DNA from: Candidatus Binatia bacterium
GTDB lineage: Bacteria; Desulfobacterota; Binatia; Bin18
NCBI GenBank assembly: GCA_963666315.2
Contig: CAXXHG010000008.1
Coordinates: 32,001 to 96,000, forward strand
DNA: 64,000 nt
Direction of reading: 5' to 3'
A program made the translations under genes and the position numbers. This document shows, in pieces, positions 19,733-27,313 of the stretch. Positions within the stretch are counted from its first letter, which is position 1; the number at the start of each line of letters is the position of its first letter. The notes under the pieces are model-generated. The model was not told the DNA's origin and ran no database searches. It saw only the letters and a program-made list of their open reading frames with translations.

Positions 19733-20197
19733 ATGAGAGAACAGAGTGAACAAGATGATGCGCCTGAACGGCTAGCAGGCGCGCTCGATGTGGACGCGGG
19801 AGATCTCAAAGATGCGTATGAGCGTTTCATTTGGGAGCATCGCCCAAAGCTTGGAGCCTTAAGCTGGAGCGGTTTGTTGCGCTACGGCCGGGGTATCGTC
19901 CTGATAGATGCACGGAGCTGGAAGGACGAGGATACGGAGGAGGACAAAGCAGCCCAACTCCGCTATCTGCCCGAAGAGCGCATTGCTGGACTGTCACACA
20001 CTCCACAGAAAAAAGATGCGCTGACGATGCTGCGAACGTATAATCCCCGCGAAGAAATCATTGTCAATGTCCTGCGCGCAGATGGGAGCGGGAGTTTCTT
20101 TCAAATTGCACTCAAGGACTGCCCACCACCGGATGCGTATCGTACGTTCATGGCCGGTGCAGACTTCCAGCCCCCAGGGAAGGAAGCTGAAGAATAA
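19733..20197 (+). CDS. Hypothetical protein, possible distant CcmS-like fold
   Basis: Globular 154-aa ORF; LGALSW...GIVLID...YNPREEI...PPPDAY pattern. Confidence 0.6.
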   Translation: MREQSEQDDAPERLAGALDVDAGDLKDAYERFIWEHRPKLGALSWSGLLRYGRGIVLIDARSWKDEDTEEDKAAQLRYLPEERIAGLSHTPQKKDALTMLRTYNPREEIIVNVLRADGSGSFFQIALKDCPPPDAYRTFMAGADFQPPGKEAEE

Positions 20198-20227
20198 GGT
20201 TTCCGAGGGAAGCCCTTTCTTTTGCCT

Positions 20228-20518
20228 TTACCGTTCCCAGGCATGCTGCTGCAGTGCTTCTGCCACCTGCTCCATCACCCCAGCCCAATCATCCGTGCTC
20301 GTTTGACGAAACAGACGCATGCTGGGATACCACGGGGTCTCAGCGCCGTTGAGCAGCCCGCGCCAGTCTGAGATGTGGCTCAAGAGAGTCCAGACTGGTT
20401 TGCCGAGCGCACCGGCGAGGTGGACGACCGACGTATCGATGCTGATGAGCAGATCGAGCTGATCTGACAGGACTGCGGTATCGCTATAATCCTTTATCAG
20501 AGCGTCGAGATCGTGCAT
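20228..20518 (-). pseudogene. C-terminal fragment of a TPR/GT9-type glycosyltransferase
   Basis: DYSDTA...LDLLISIDTSVVHLAGALGKPVW...DWR...PWYPSMRLFRQ; the rest of the gene is absent. Confidence 0.8.
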
Positions 20519-20541
20519 TTGCAGTCTGTGCCCTGGCCGGG

Positions 20542-21739
20542 GTGACGGCCCTCCAGCGCGGCGCCCACCACCAGGCGACCAAGGGCCTCAAGCTGCTGGA
20601 GACCTTGCCTCCCAGTGCCACCCGACGCACGCACGAGCTGCAATTGCAGACGCTGCGGGCGCGGGAGCTGTGTACCCAGGCCGGGGACATGCCGCGCTTG
20701 CCTATTCTCCTCTTAGGATTGTTTCACCTGTATCACGGGCGGGGCACCATGGCGCCGGCCAAGGAGCACGCCGAAGCCCGTCTGGCCTTGGCCACGCAGC
20801 AACAGTATCCGCCCTTCTTCCTGGGTGCCCACTATGCCCTGGGCGTGAATGCGCTGTGCCGGGGGCAGCTCACCGAGGCGCAGACGCATTTGGACCAGGT
20901 GGGGGCGGGCTACGAGTCCGAGCAACATAAGTCATTGGTGCGGCTGTACGGGTTTAACCAGGTCGTCATTTGCCGGTTGTTTGGGGCGATTGCCCTGGTG
21001 TTGCGCGGCTATCCGGACCAGGCCGCGCGCCAGATCGAACAGACGCTCGGGCTGGAGCATGAGATGGCAAGTTCTTTTACGAATGTCTATGCGCAATGCG
21101 TGGCCCCACTCGGCTCGCAGTGCCTACGCGATGCGCAGGCGCCGGCAACCCAGGCCGATGCCGGCGTTACGCTGGGCACGCAGAAGGGATTCCCGGTCTG
21201 GATCGCGTTCGGAACCGTGTTGCGCGGCTGGGGGCAATTCGCCCAAGGTGTCGTGACGGCGGGCATTGCCAAGATGCACACCGGCCTGGCTGCTATGCAG
21301 GAGTTAGGCGCGAAGAGCCAATTGCCGCACTATCTGACGATGCTGGCCGAGGCTGTCGGGACAACGGGAGACTCTGCGCAGGCGTTGCAGCACGCCGACG
21401 AGGCGTTGGCCGAAGCCGGCCGGGGCGGCGAGCGATTTTATGAACCCGAGGCCTGGCGGGTGAAGGGGGAACTGATTCTCCAGTCGAAAGCCTGTCCTGA
21501 GCCAGGTCGAAGGGTTCAAAGGGGAAGACGAAGCGGAGGGATGTTTTCAGAAAGCGCTAGAGGTTGCCCGCCAGCAGGACGCCAAATTATTAGAGCTACG
21601 GACGGCGATGAGTCTGAGCCGGTTGTGGCAGCAGCAGGGGAAAACGGGAGAACTGCTCGCTCCGGCTTATGAGTGGTTCACAGAGGAGTTTGACACGCCG
21701 GATTTGTAAGACGCCAAGGCGTTGCTGGAGACGCTCTAA
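20542..21739 (+). pseudogene. C-terminal TPR-like fragment of an AAA-ATPase/adenylate-cyclase-type regulator
   Basis: RGYPDQA, EAWRVKGELIL; after a frameshift near 21520 it continues EAEGCFQKALEVARQQDAK..ELRTAMSLSRLWQQQG..WFTEEFDTPDL*DAKALL*, with an internal TAA at 21707. No N-terminal domains. Confidence 0.85.
21491..21514 (+). repeat. Short CCTGTCCTGAGC-N3-GTCGAAGG repeat element inside the pseudogene
   Basis: CCTGTCCTGAGCCAGGTCGAAGGG, translating as CPEPGRR; resembles a widespread small-repeat motif (from recall). Confidence 0.5.
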
Positions 21740-21783
21740 GTGTAGATCGGATAAGCGTAGCGTAATCCGATCTACACTTAGAG
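21734..21783. repeat. GTAG-REP within a perfect 19-bp palindrome
   Basis: CTCTAAGTGTAGATCGGAT-12 nt-ATCCGATCTACACTTAGAG. Confidence 0.85.
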
Positions 21784-21823
21784 GCTTGAGAGAATGTTGC
21801 GAGAAGCGATGAATAGAGACCGC

Positions 21824-21851
21824 TTGCCTGCCTACGCTAATAGCGTATAGT
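21824..21851 (+). promoter_or_regulatory. TA promoter with overlapping operator palindrome
   Basis: TTGCCT-16 nt-TATAGT; TACGCTA-A-TAGCGTA palindrome at 21833-21847. Confidence 0.65.
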
Positions 21852-21858
21852 TGAGGGA

Positions 21859-22202
21859 GTGGAATTTATCGAAGCCCCTGCCTTCTCCCGAAACTTGGAT
21901 TCGTATTTCGATGACGAAGGATATCGGTTTTTTCAGCAGTCTCTCGTCCAGAATCCGGGGCCGGTAGGGTCATTGTCGGAACAGGAGGATTGAGGAAGAT
22001 TCGCTGGAGAGATCCCCGACGGGGAAAGGGTAAGCGGGGAGGTCTGAGGATCATTTACTATTATCTTCAAGAAGCCTCCCACATCTGGCTTCTCACCGTA
22101 TACGATAAAGATGAGGCTGATGATCTGACGGCTGCTGAGAAACGTGCCTATCGGCAATTTATCCAACAGGTCAAAATGATGTGGGACCAGACACGAGGAT
22201 GA
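21859..22202 (+). pseudogene. higB: RelE/HigB-family toxin, frameshifted
   Basis: GTG start MEFIEAPAFSR...QNP, then a one-base shift near 21958 into AGRVIVGTGGLRKIRW...GKGKRGGLRIIYY...LLTVYDKDE. Confidence 0.82.
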
Positions 22203-22236
22203 GAATCTGACCCAGCGTTTGGAAGGAGACATGACA

Positions 22237-22566
22237 ATGGCGGCTAAGAAAAAAAGGAATATTGGAGAGGAGATCTTGGAAGGACTGAATGCTATCCAGG
22301 ACCACTATGAAGGAAAAACGACGCTGCGTACGTTCAAGGTCGATCTCCCTCCACTGCCGGAGGTTGATGCGCAGCTCATTCGGGATACCCGTGAGCAGCT
22401 AAACGTGTCGCGTCGTGTATTTGCTCGCCGGTTGCGGGTGAATGAACGCACGCTGGGGAAATGGGAACAAGGCCGCGCCAAACCGAACAAACAGGCCGCC
22501 GCCCTTATTCTGCTAACCCGGAAATTCCCCGACACCCTCGACCGCTTAGCCCGGCTCGCCGCGTGA
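22237..22566 (+). CDS. higA: HigA/NadS-like XRE HTH antitoxin
   Basis: IRDTREQLNVSRRVFARRLRVNERTLGKWEQGRAKP; AAGGAG RBS; follows the toxin. Confidence 0.85.
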   Translation: MAAKKKRNIGEEILEGLNAIQDHYEGKTTLRTFKVDLPPLPEVDAQLIRDTREQLNVSRRVFARRLRVNERTLGKWEQGRAKPNKQAAALILLTRKFPDTLDRLARLAA

Positions 22567-22610
22567 GCAGCGGCCCGCGCCGACTGTGCTCCTAACGCCC
22601 TAGCACAAGA

Positions 22611-22641
22611 TGTCGGATTACGCTGCGCTAATCTGCCCTAC
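22611..22641 (-). repeat. GTAG-REP, inverted relative to the copy at 21742
   Basis: Minus strand reads GTAGGGCAGATTAGCGCAGCGTAATCCGACA. Confidence 0.7.
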
Positions 22642-22642
22642 C

Positions 22643-22753
22643 GGGTTCAAGGAAAACAAGTGAGTGGCAATGCGTTATGACAAGCTGGATTCAACCTTCC
22701 TTGCCTTCATCGCTATGGCTGCTATCAAAATATTGCTCAACCTCACACTTTAA
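22643..22753 (+). mobile_element. IS5-family transposase 3' remnant
   Basis: FKENK*VAMRYDKLDSTFLAFIAMAAIKILL matches the IS5 C-terminal pattern R(Y/F)DK....FLAF; internal stop. Confidence 0.7.
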
Positions 22754-22776
22754 TAACGAAAGATATAGATGATCGT

Positions 22777-22875
22777 GTAGCCTGGAGGTAGCGAAGCGGA
22801 GTCCAGGAATGCCCTAGGTGTCGAGGGAAGCGTGCGCTCGGATTCCCCGGATTCCACTCCGTTCCATCCAGGCCA
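22777..22875. repeat. Degenerate REPIN (GTAGCCTGGA family)
   Basis: GTAGCCTGGAGGTAGCGAAGCGGAGTCCAGG ... CCGGATTCCACTCCGTTCCATCCAGGC inverted pair. Confidence 0.65.
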
Positions 22876-23203
22876 GATAGTCGAATTTCAACACCTCCTG
22901 TCTATTGTCCGTTAACGCGAGGAGTACATGAGACAGATCCTGCCGCCGTACCCGTCCCCTCACCACGCCATCTCATCAGCTTGACAGCCGCTGTGCCAAT
23001 CTACTACATTACGCAACATACTCACACTTGGTCCCGATACCGCCGAGGTCACATGCACCGCCGGCCGTTGTCCTACTCCGCCCGTCCTCAGCGCCTGGCA
23101 GCACCAGCTCCGCTAGGCGCACAAGAGTCCGTGGCTACTCCAGCAGTTGCTGGCACACAGTGGGGAGCTGTTGCCGCGCTTTGCGCACTACTCCCAAAGA
23201 AAG

Positions 23204-23390
23204 GTAGGTCAGGTTAGCATACGTAACCTGACACCCCACCTTCGGTACGCAGGGCGCACCCTACGGGGCTCCGTTACTGAGTGTCGATAATGGGGGAGAT
23301 GTTTGTAGCAGCTTCAGGGGCCTCTGAGGTAAGGTGGGTCTTTCAGACCCACCAGCATTCGGTGGGTTAGCGGAGCGTAACCCACCCTAC
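23204..23390. repeat. Cluster of four different GTAG-type REP hairpins
   Basis: GTAGGTCAGGTTA..TAACCTGAC (23204-23232); GGTACGC..GCGCACCCTAC (23244-23264); GTAAGGTGGGTC..GACCCACC (23329-23353); GGTGGGTTA..TAACCCACCCTAC (23361-23390). Confidence 0.72.
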
Positions 23391-23479
23391 GATACTAAAA
23401 GGCGGAGCCCGTCGGGGCTCGGTAGATCGAGCCTGACCGTAAACGGCCAGGCCGTTGTGGTACTAGCCGTCCGCAGAAA

Positions 23480-24031
23480 TTAGTCAATCCCAAGCTTCTC
23501 TTTGCCTTCAGGAGAAATCATGGCTGGGGTCCAGGGCGGGTCCCAGACAACTTCGACGTTGACTTCTTCTACACCTGGGATGCCTTCAATCCGTGTTTGG
23601 GCATCCATAGCAATGGCAGGTCCCATGCCACAGCCCTGTGCCGTCAGCGTCATTTTTACATCCACGTTAGCTCCGCCTTCCGGCAGGTCGCTCAGCGCAA
23701 GGTCGTACACTAAACCGAGATCGACGATGTTGACCGGGATTTCCGGGTCATACACATTTTTGAGCTGAGTCCAGACCTGATCCTCAGAGACCTTGCCGCC
23801 CGTACTCGGAGCTGCTTCCGAAGCAGGCCCTTTGCTTTCTTTTCCAATCGCATCTGCGTCACTATCGGAGACTCGATATAAGCCCCCCAAAGTAGGCAGT
23901 TGGAGGGTATAGGTATCGCCTAAGGATTGAGTGATCACACCAGCGGTACCTTTGGGAATCGTGATCTTGATGCCTTGTGGAATTTGGACGGCATCACAAT
24001 GACGAGTGAATTCGATTTCTTCGTAGCTCAT
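23480..24031 (-). CDS. sufT: Fe-S cluster assembly protein SufT (long DUF59 form)
   Basis: ITQSLGDTYT, DADAIG, VYDPEIPVNIVDLGLVY, MTLTAQGCGMG, VWDPPW. Confidence 0.9.
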   Translation of the reverse strand: MSYEEIEFTRHCDAVQIPQGIKITIPKGTAGVITQSLGDTYTLQLPTLGGLYRVSDSDADAIGKESKGPASEAAPSTGGKVSEDQVWTQLKNVYDPEIPVNIVDLGLVYDLALSDLPEGGANVDVKMTLTAQGCGMGPAIAMDAQTRIEGIPGVEEVNVEVVWDPPWTPAMISPEGKEKLGID

Positions 24032-24084
24032 GTCTGACTCCTTCTCTCCTACCTAGCACTAGAGCTTTTAATTCGCCTCCAAAT

Positions 24085-24110
24085 TAGACTGCTAAGGTCT
24101 ATCTTGTCAA
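24085..24110 (-). promoter_or_regulatory. sufT promoter -35 with a TAGAC-N7-GTCTA palindrome
   Basis: TTGACA on the minus strand at 24105-24110; inverted repeat at 24085-24101. Confidence 0.4.
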
Positions 24111-24144
24111 TTAGCTTTTGAGTTCTGCTGAGTGCTGGTCAACC

Positions 24145-25074
24145 TTAGCGTTGGTCGATCCAGTCTTTGAGTTTTTGCCGAACATCTTCCGGACGGTCTT
24201 CAAGGATATAGTGTCCGCTGCGTGTAACGACTTGTAAATCTGAGGTTGAAATCGCCACATCCAGCTCGCGTGCGACATCCATGGGGGTGAATGGATCTTG
24301 GCCCCCCCACAGGAGAAGGGTGGGCATACTGAGTTTGTCGAGATGAGGCAAGAGCTCGGTTTCCACCGCTTGGCGCAGGCCGAATTCGCGTAAAAACTTA
24401 GGTAGAGCCTGGCGGGCTCCAGGATCATCGTGAAAGGGTTGCAAATACTCTTGGAGCTTCGCCTCACTTCGCTCATCTTCATTATGAATGCCCTCTTTGA
24501 GGATGCGCTGTAAGAACCAGTCGCCCGTAAGCATATTCCCGATGACGCGCGTACCAAGCAGACGGAAATTGATAGGAAGAGGGATAGCCGAGGAGATGGG
24601 GGCACTCATGAGCGCGAGTTTATAGACTTTGTTTGGATTGTGTATGGCGTAAGCAGCAGCAATGACAGCACCAACATCATGGCCAACAAGGACGATGTTC
24701 TCGAGATGAAAGTTTTCAATATAGGTGCTGAGCTGGGAGACGTAGGTGTCCATATCATACGTGCGATCTTGGGGTTTCTCTGACAGGCCGAATCCCATCA
24801 GATCGATCTCATACACGGTGTTGCCATACGTCAGCCCTGGTGTGACATGTCGCCACATACGGGAGTCCTCAAGCAAACCGTGCAGAAAAATAAGCGGACG
24901 ACCTAAACCTATTTGTCGATAATGGAGATTGACGCCGTCGATCTCGGTATAGGTCTCGTCAGCGTATTTTTCCTGAAGTTCAGTCCCGGTCAAACTGGGC
25001 GGCGGACCGCCGCATCCCGCGAGGAGAAAAACGACCGCCAGCACCACACCACTTCCCATTTCCCAATGCTTCAT
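24145..25074 (-). CDS. Lipoprotein alpha/beta hydrolase (epoxide hydrolase/dehalogenase-like, Asp nucleophile)
   Basis: Lipobox LAGC, FLHG, DLMGFGLS, GHDVGA elbow, WGGQD, SGH. Confidence 0.85.
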   Translation of the reverse strand: MKHWEMGSGVVLAVVFLLAGCGGPPPSLTGTELQEKYADETYTEIDGVNLHYRQIGLGRPLIFLHGLLEDSRMWRHVTPGLTYGNTVYEIDLMGFGLSEKPQDRTYDMDTYVSQLSTYIENFHLENIVLVGHDVGAVIAAAYAIHNPNKVYKLALMSAPISSAIPLPINFRLLGTRVIGNMLTGDWFLQRILKEGIHNEDERSEAKLQEYLQPFHDDPGARQALPKFLREFGLRQAVETELLPHLDKLSMPTLLLWGGQDPFTPMDVARELDVAISTSDLQVVTRSGHYILEDRPEDVRQKLKDWIDQR

Positions 25075-25287
25075 CTGTTATTGACTCCTTTTCTCATCGG
25101 ATCTGCTCTCATCAAGATCTGATGGACAACGGTATCTCATTTGACACATAACAGGGTGGCGCGCACTATGATCCGGCACACGATACGCTGCCCTATCCCC
25201 CCCGTGTTGGATTATGTAATTCTGGCACGTCACCCTAGCGTTGCTGTGCGACTCCGACAAGAGTGCAGGGCAGAAAAGGAGGTTCTT

Positions 25288-25959
25288 ATGGCAGAAGCTG
25301 AGCTCTTTGGCATTATGTTCTCAACCCGGAGCATGCGGCGACTCAAAACCGATCCTGTACCGGATGACGTCATCTATAAAATTCTGGACGCGGGGATACG
25401 CGCCCCGAGTGGCGGAAACACCCAACACTGGCGTTTTATGGTGGTGAAAGACGTTGAGGTCAAGTGTAAAGTTCAGCAGGTTTACCAAAAGGGTTGGGAA
25501 GAGGCGCGGACTATATACCAAGGGCGGTCTGGGCCATCCCATATGGCGGAGGGCAAGTTTCAACGCCTCTTGGATGCCGCGAGTTATCTGGCCGATAACC
25601 TGGCTGAAGTGCCGGTCCTGATTTTTGCTTGTCTGAAGGCGCGGCCTATGCCGCCGGGCGATGCCGGTGCCCAGTTGGCTACCAAGCTGGCACGTCTGTC
25701 TGGGTCGAGTATTTATCCTGCCGTCCAAAATATGTTGTTGACCTGCCGTGCTCTCGGACTCGGAGCCACACTGACAACCGTGTGTTCACTGTACGAAGAC
25801 GAACTCCGGCCCATTCTTAACCTCCCGGACGATATGAGTACGTATGCACTGATACCCGTTGGCTATCCGATGGGGAAATTCGGACCGGTTCGTCGTGAGG
25901 CGGTGGAAGAGGTCACGTGTGTTGATCAATGGGGGAGGCCGCTGAGACGGCCGGCGTAG
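25288..25959 (+). CDS. Nitroreductase family protein
   Basis: TRSMRR, APSGGNTQHWRF, SIYPAVQNMLL..RALGLG, IPVGYP; AAGGAGG RBS. Confidence 0.9.
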   Translation: MAEAELFGIMFSTRSMRRLKTDPVPDDVIYKILDAGIRAPSGGNTQHWRFMVVKDVEVKCKVQQVYQKGWEEARTIYQGRSGPSHMAEGKFQRLLDAASYLADNLAEVPVLIFACLKARPMPPGDAGAQLATKLARLSGSSIYPAVQNMLLTCRALGLGATLTTVCSLYEDELRPILNLPDDMSTYALIPVGYPMGKFGPVRREAVEEVTCVDQWGRPLRRPA

Positions 25960-25961
25960 TG

Positions 25962-25990
25962 GGTAGGGGCGAGGTCACCTCGCCCCTACC
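25962..25990. repeat. GTAG-REP palindrome between convergent genes
   Basis: GGTAGGGGCGAGGT-C-ACCTCGCCCCTACC; supplies the TAG stop of the minus-strand gene. Confidence 0.8.
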
Positions 25991-26345
25991 TCAAGATCTC
26001 GCTATACACGTCGGGATGGAAACCCACGACGAACGTCTTCCCCTTCCGGAGCGCCGGTGCGCGTAGATTCCCCGAGGGGCCGAGAATTGCTGAAAAAAGA
26101 TCGTCTGTGATCGCTGAATCCTTTTCAGTCGAGAAACGCAGGACTTTTTTCCCTTTGACGGCAATAACGTGTGAGACGGTTTGGATGAGCTGCAGGGCAG
26201 CGTCACGATCAAACTGCTCTTTGCGTGCGTTGACTACGGTGTTGACCGGGCAATCTATTTGCGCAAGAAACTCTTGCGCTTTTTTACATGTCACTCAGCT
26301 CGGTCGGTGATAATACCAGTCTACTGCCGTTGTCCCTTTTGCCAT
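25986..26345 (-). CDS. ArsC/Spx-like thioredoxin-fold selenoprotein (UxxC), 119 aa
   Basis: AGGAG RBS, ATG 26345, MAKGTTAVDWYYHRPS-TGA(26295-26297)-VTCKKAQEFL...LGPSGNLRAPALRKGKTFVVGF; hairpin downstream of the UGA. Confidence 0.85.
26261..26279 (-). promoter_or_regulatory. Candidate bacterial SECIS element
   Basis: Minus strand GCGCAAGA-GTT-TCTTGCGC, a perfect 8-bp stem with G in the loop about 24 nt after the UGA. Confidence 0.7.
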
Positions 26346-26353
26346 TGCCGCTC

Positions 26354-26851
26354 CTATCTGTGTGCGTGTGTGTGGTAAAATTTTGTAATCACCCATTCAT
26401 ACCCGTCAATGAGGGCCAGCCAGGCTGATTCTAATAGATCGCGCGACTGACGCATGGTACTCCACTGCCGCTGACCATCGCTAAATTTCATAATAGACAC
26501 GACCTCAGCCGCAGTCCCCGTTCCCCCGCGATGGGTATACAGTTCGACGAGTTCCACCCCCTCAACAAAAGGGAAGTGTTTCACCAGCACTTGCCGCAAG
26601 GCTAAGTCGAGGGCATTCACCCCGCCGACACCTTGAGCGGCGCCGAAGTCGGTTTGACCGTTGATCTCGACCAGAACGACTGCGTCGATGGCGCTTTGTC
26701 CATTCCACACTTCATCGATGACGCGCCAGCGGACAATCCCAAAAGGGGGAATATGCTGAGGATCTTTGCGCCACTTTTCGACTTCTCGTGAGGCCTGCGG
26801 AATGGTTGCCTCTTCGAAAAACTCTGTATCGTGTTCCGGTTGCTGCGACAT
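26354..26851 (-). CDS. Stand-alone LeuA/CimA C-terminal allosteric (regulatory) domain
   Basis: GVGGVNALDLALRQVL..FP...VELV, GTGTAAEV, DGQRQWST...DLLESAWLALIDG; no catalytic TIM barrel. Confidence 0.75.
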   Translation of the reverse strand: MSQQPEHDTEFFEEATIPQASREVEKWRKDPQHIPPFGIVRWRVIDEVWNGQSAIDAVVLVEINGQTDFGAAQGVGGVNALDLALRQVLVKHFPFVEGVELVELYTHRGGTGTAAEVVSIMKFSDGQRQWSTMRQSRDLLESAWLALIDGYEWVITKFYHTHAHR

Positions 26852-27026
26852 AGTTGCTCCGCTACCGCCTCATATCTGCACTACCCGCCGGGCGGGCCTG
26901 TCCTGTATGCGTCTTATTCTCCATGGCCCACTATATAGAAAAGGAATATCTATGCTGTTCTACTCACAGGAAACAGGGGGGGCAGGAACTGAAGATAGAA
27001 CTGGGGATGTATACGAGAAGAAATAT

Positions 27027-27239
27027 TCATGTTTTTGCTACTGTTCCCCAGTGCACGTCCCAGAAGTCCGGGAGCGGCGCTGCCAGCTCAAAATGTCCCC
27101 CAAAACACTGGAAACTGGGCTGGTGTGAGAGCCGTTCTTTGAGGTAATGTAAATGGTCTTCGAGGTTCCCGTTCTCTGGCGTGCCGATGTCCACGAGCTT
27201 GCGCTGCCCACATTTCTTACAACTCACATCAACGTGCAT
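27027..27239 (-). CDS. Small hypothetical protein with CxxC and CxxxH (possible metal binding)
   Basis: MHVDVSCKKCGQRK...FQCFGGHF, 70 aa; divergent from the ferredoxin gene. Confidence 0.6.
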   Translation of the reverse strand: MHVDVSCKKCGQRKLVDIGTPENGNLEDHLHYLKERLSHQPSFQCFGGHFELAAPLPDFWDVHWGTVAKT

Positions 27240-27313
27240 ACCTACCCCTGGATTTGTGTGGCCGGACCGGATAAATATCTGCCTAGCATGAAGGCGAAGG
27301 AGGCTGCAAGCGC

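Noticed and set aside
22661-22663. In-frame TGA in the IS5 remnant as possible selenocysteine
   Set aside because: It aligns with a basic residue (likely CGA to TGA) in a transposase fragment; there is no Cys motif or start codon.
22928-23217. Short ORFs (18 aa from ATG 22928; 78 aa at 22981-23217)
   Set aside because: Low-complexity, no recognisable motif, and the longer one ends inside a REP. The TTG 'start' is part of a TTGACA-like box.
21734-23390. Integron cassette array (attC sites)
   Set aside because: The hairpins carry GTAG/CTAC ends typical of REPs, not RYYYAAC/GTTRRRY boxes, and no integrase is present.
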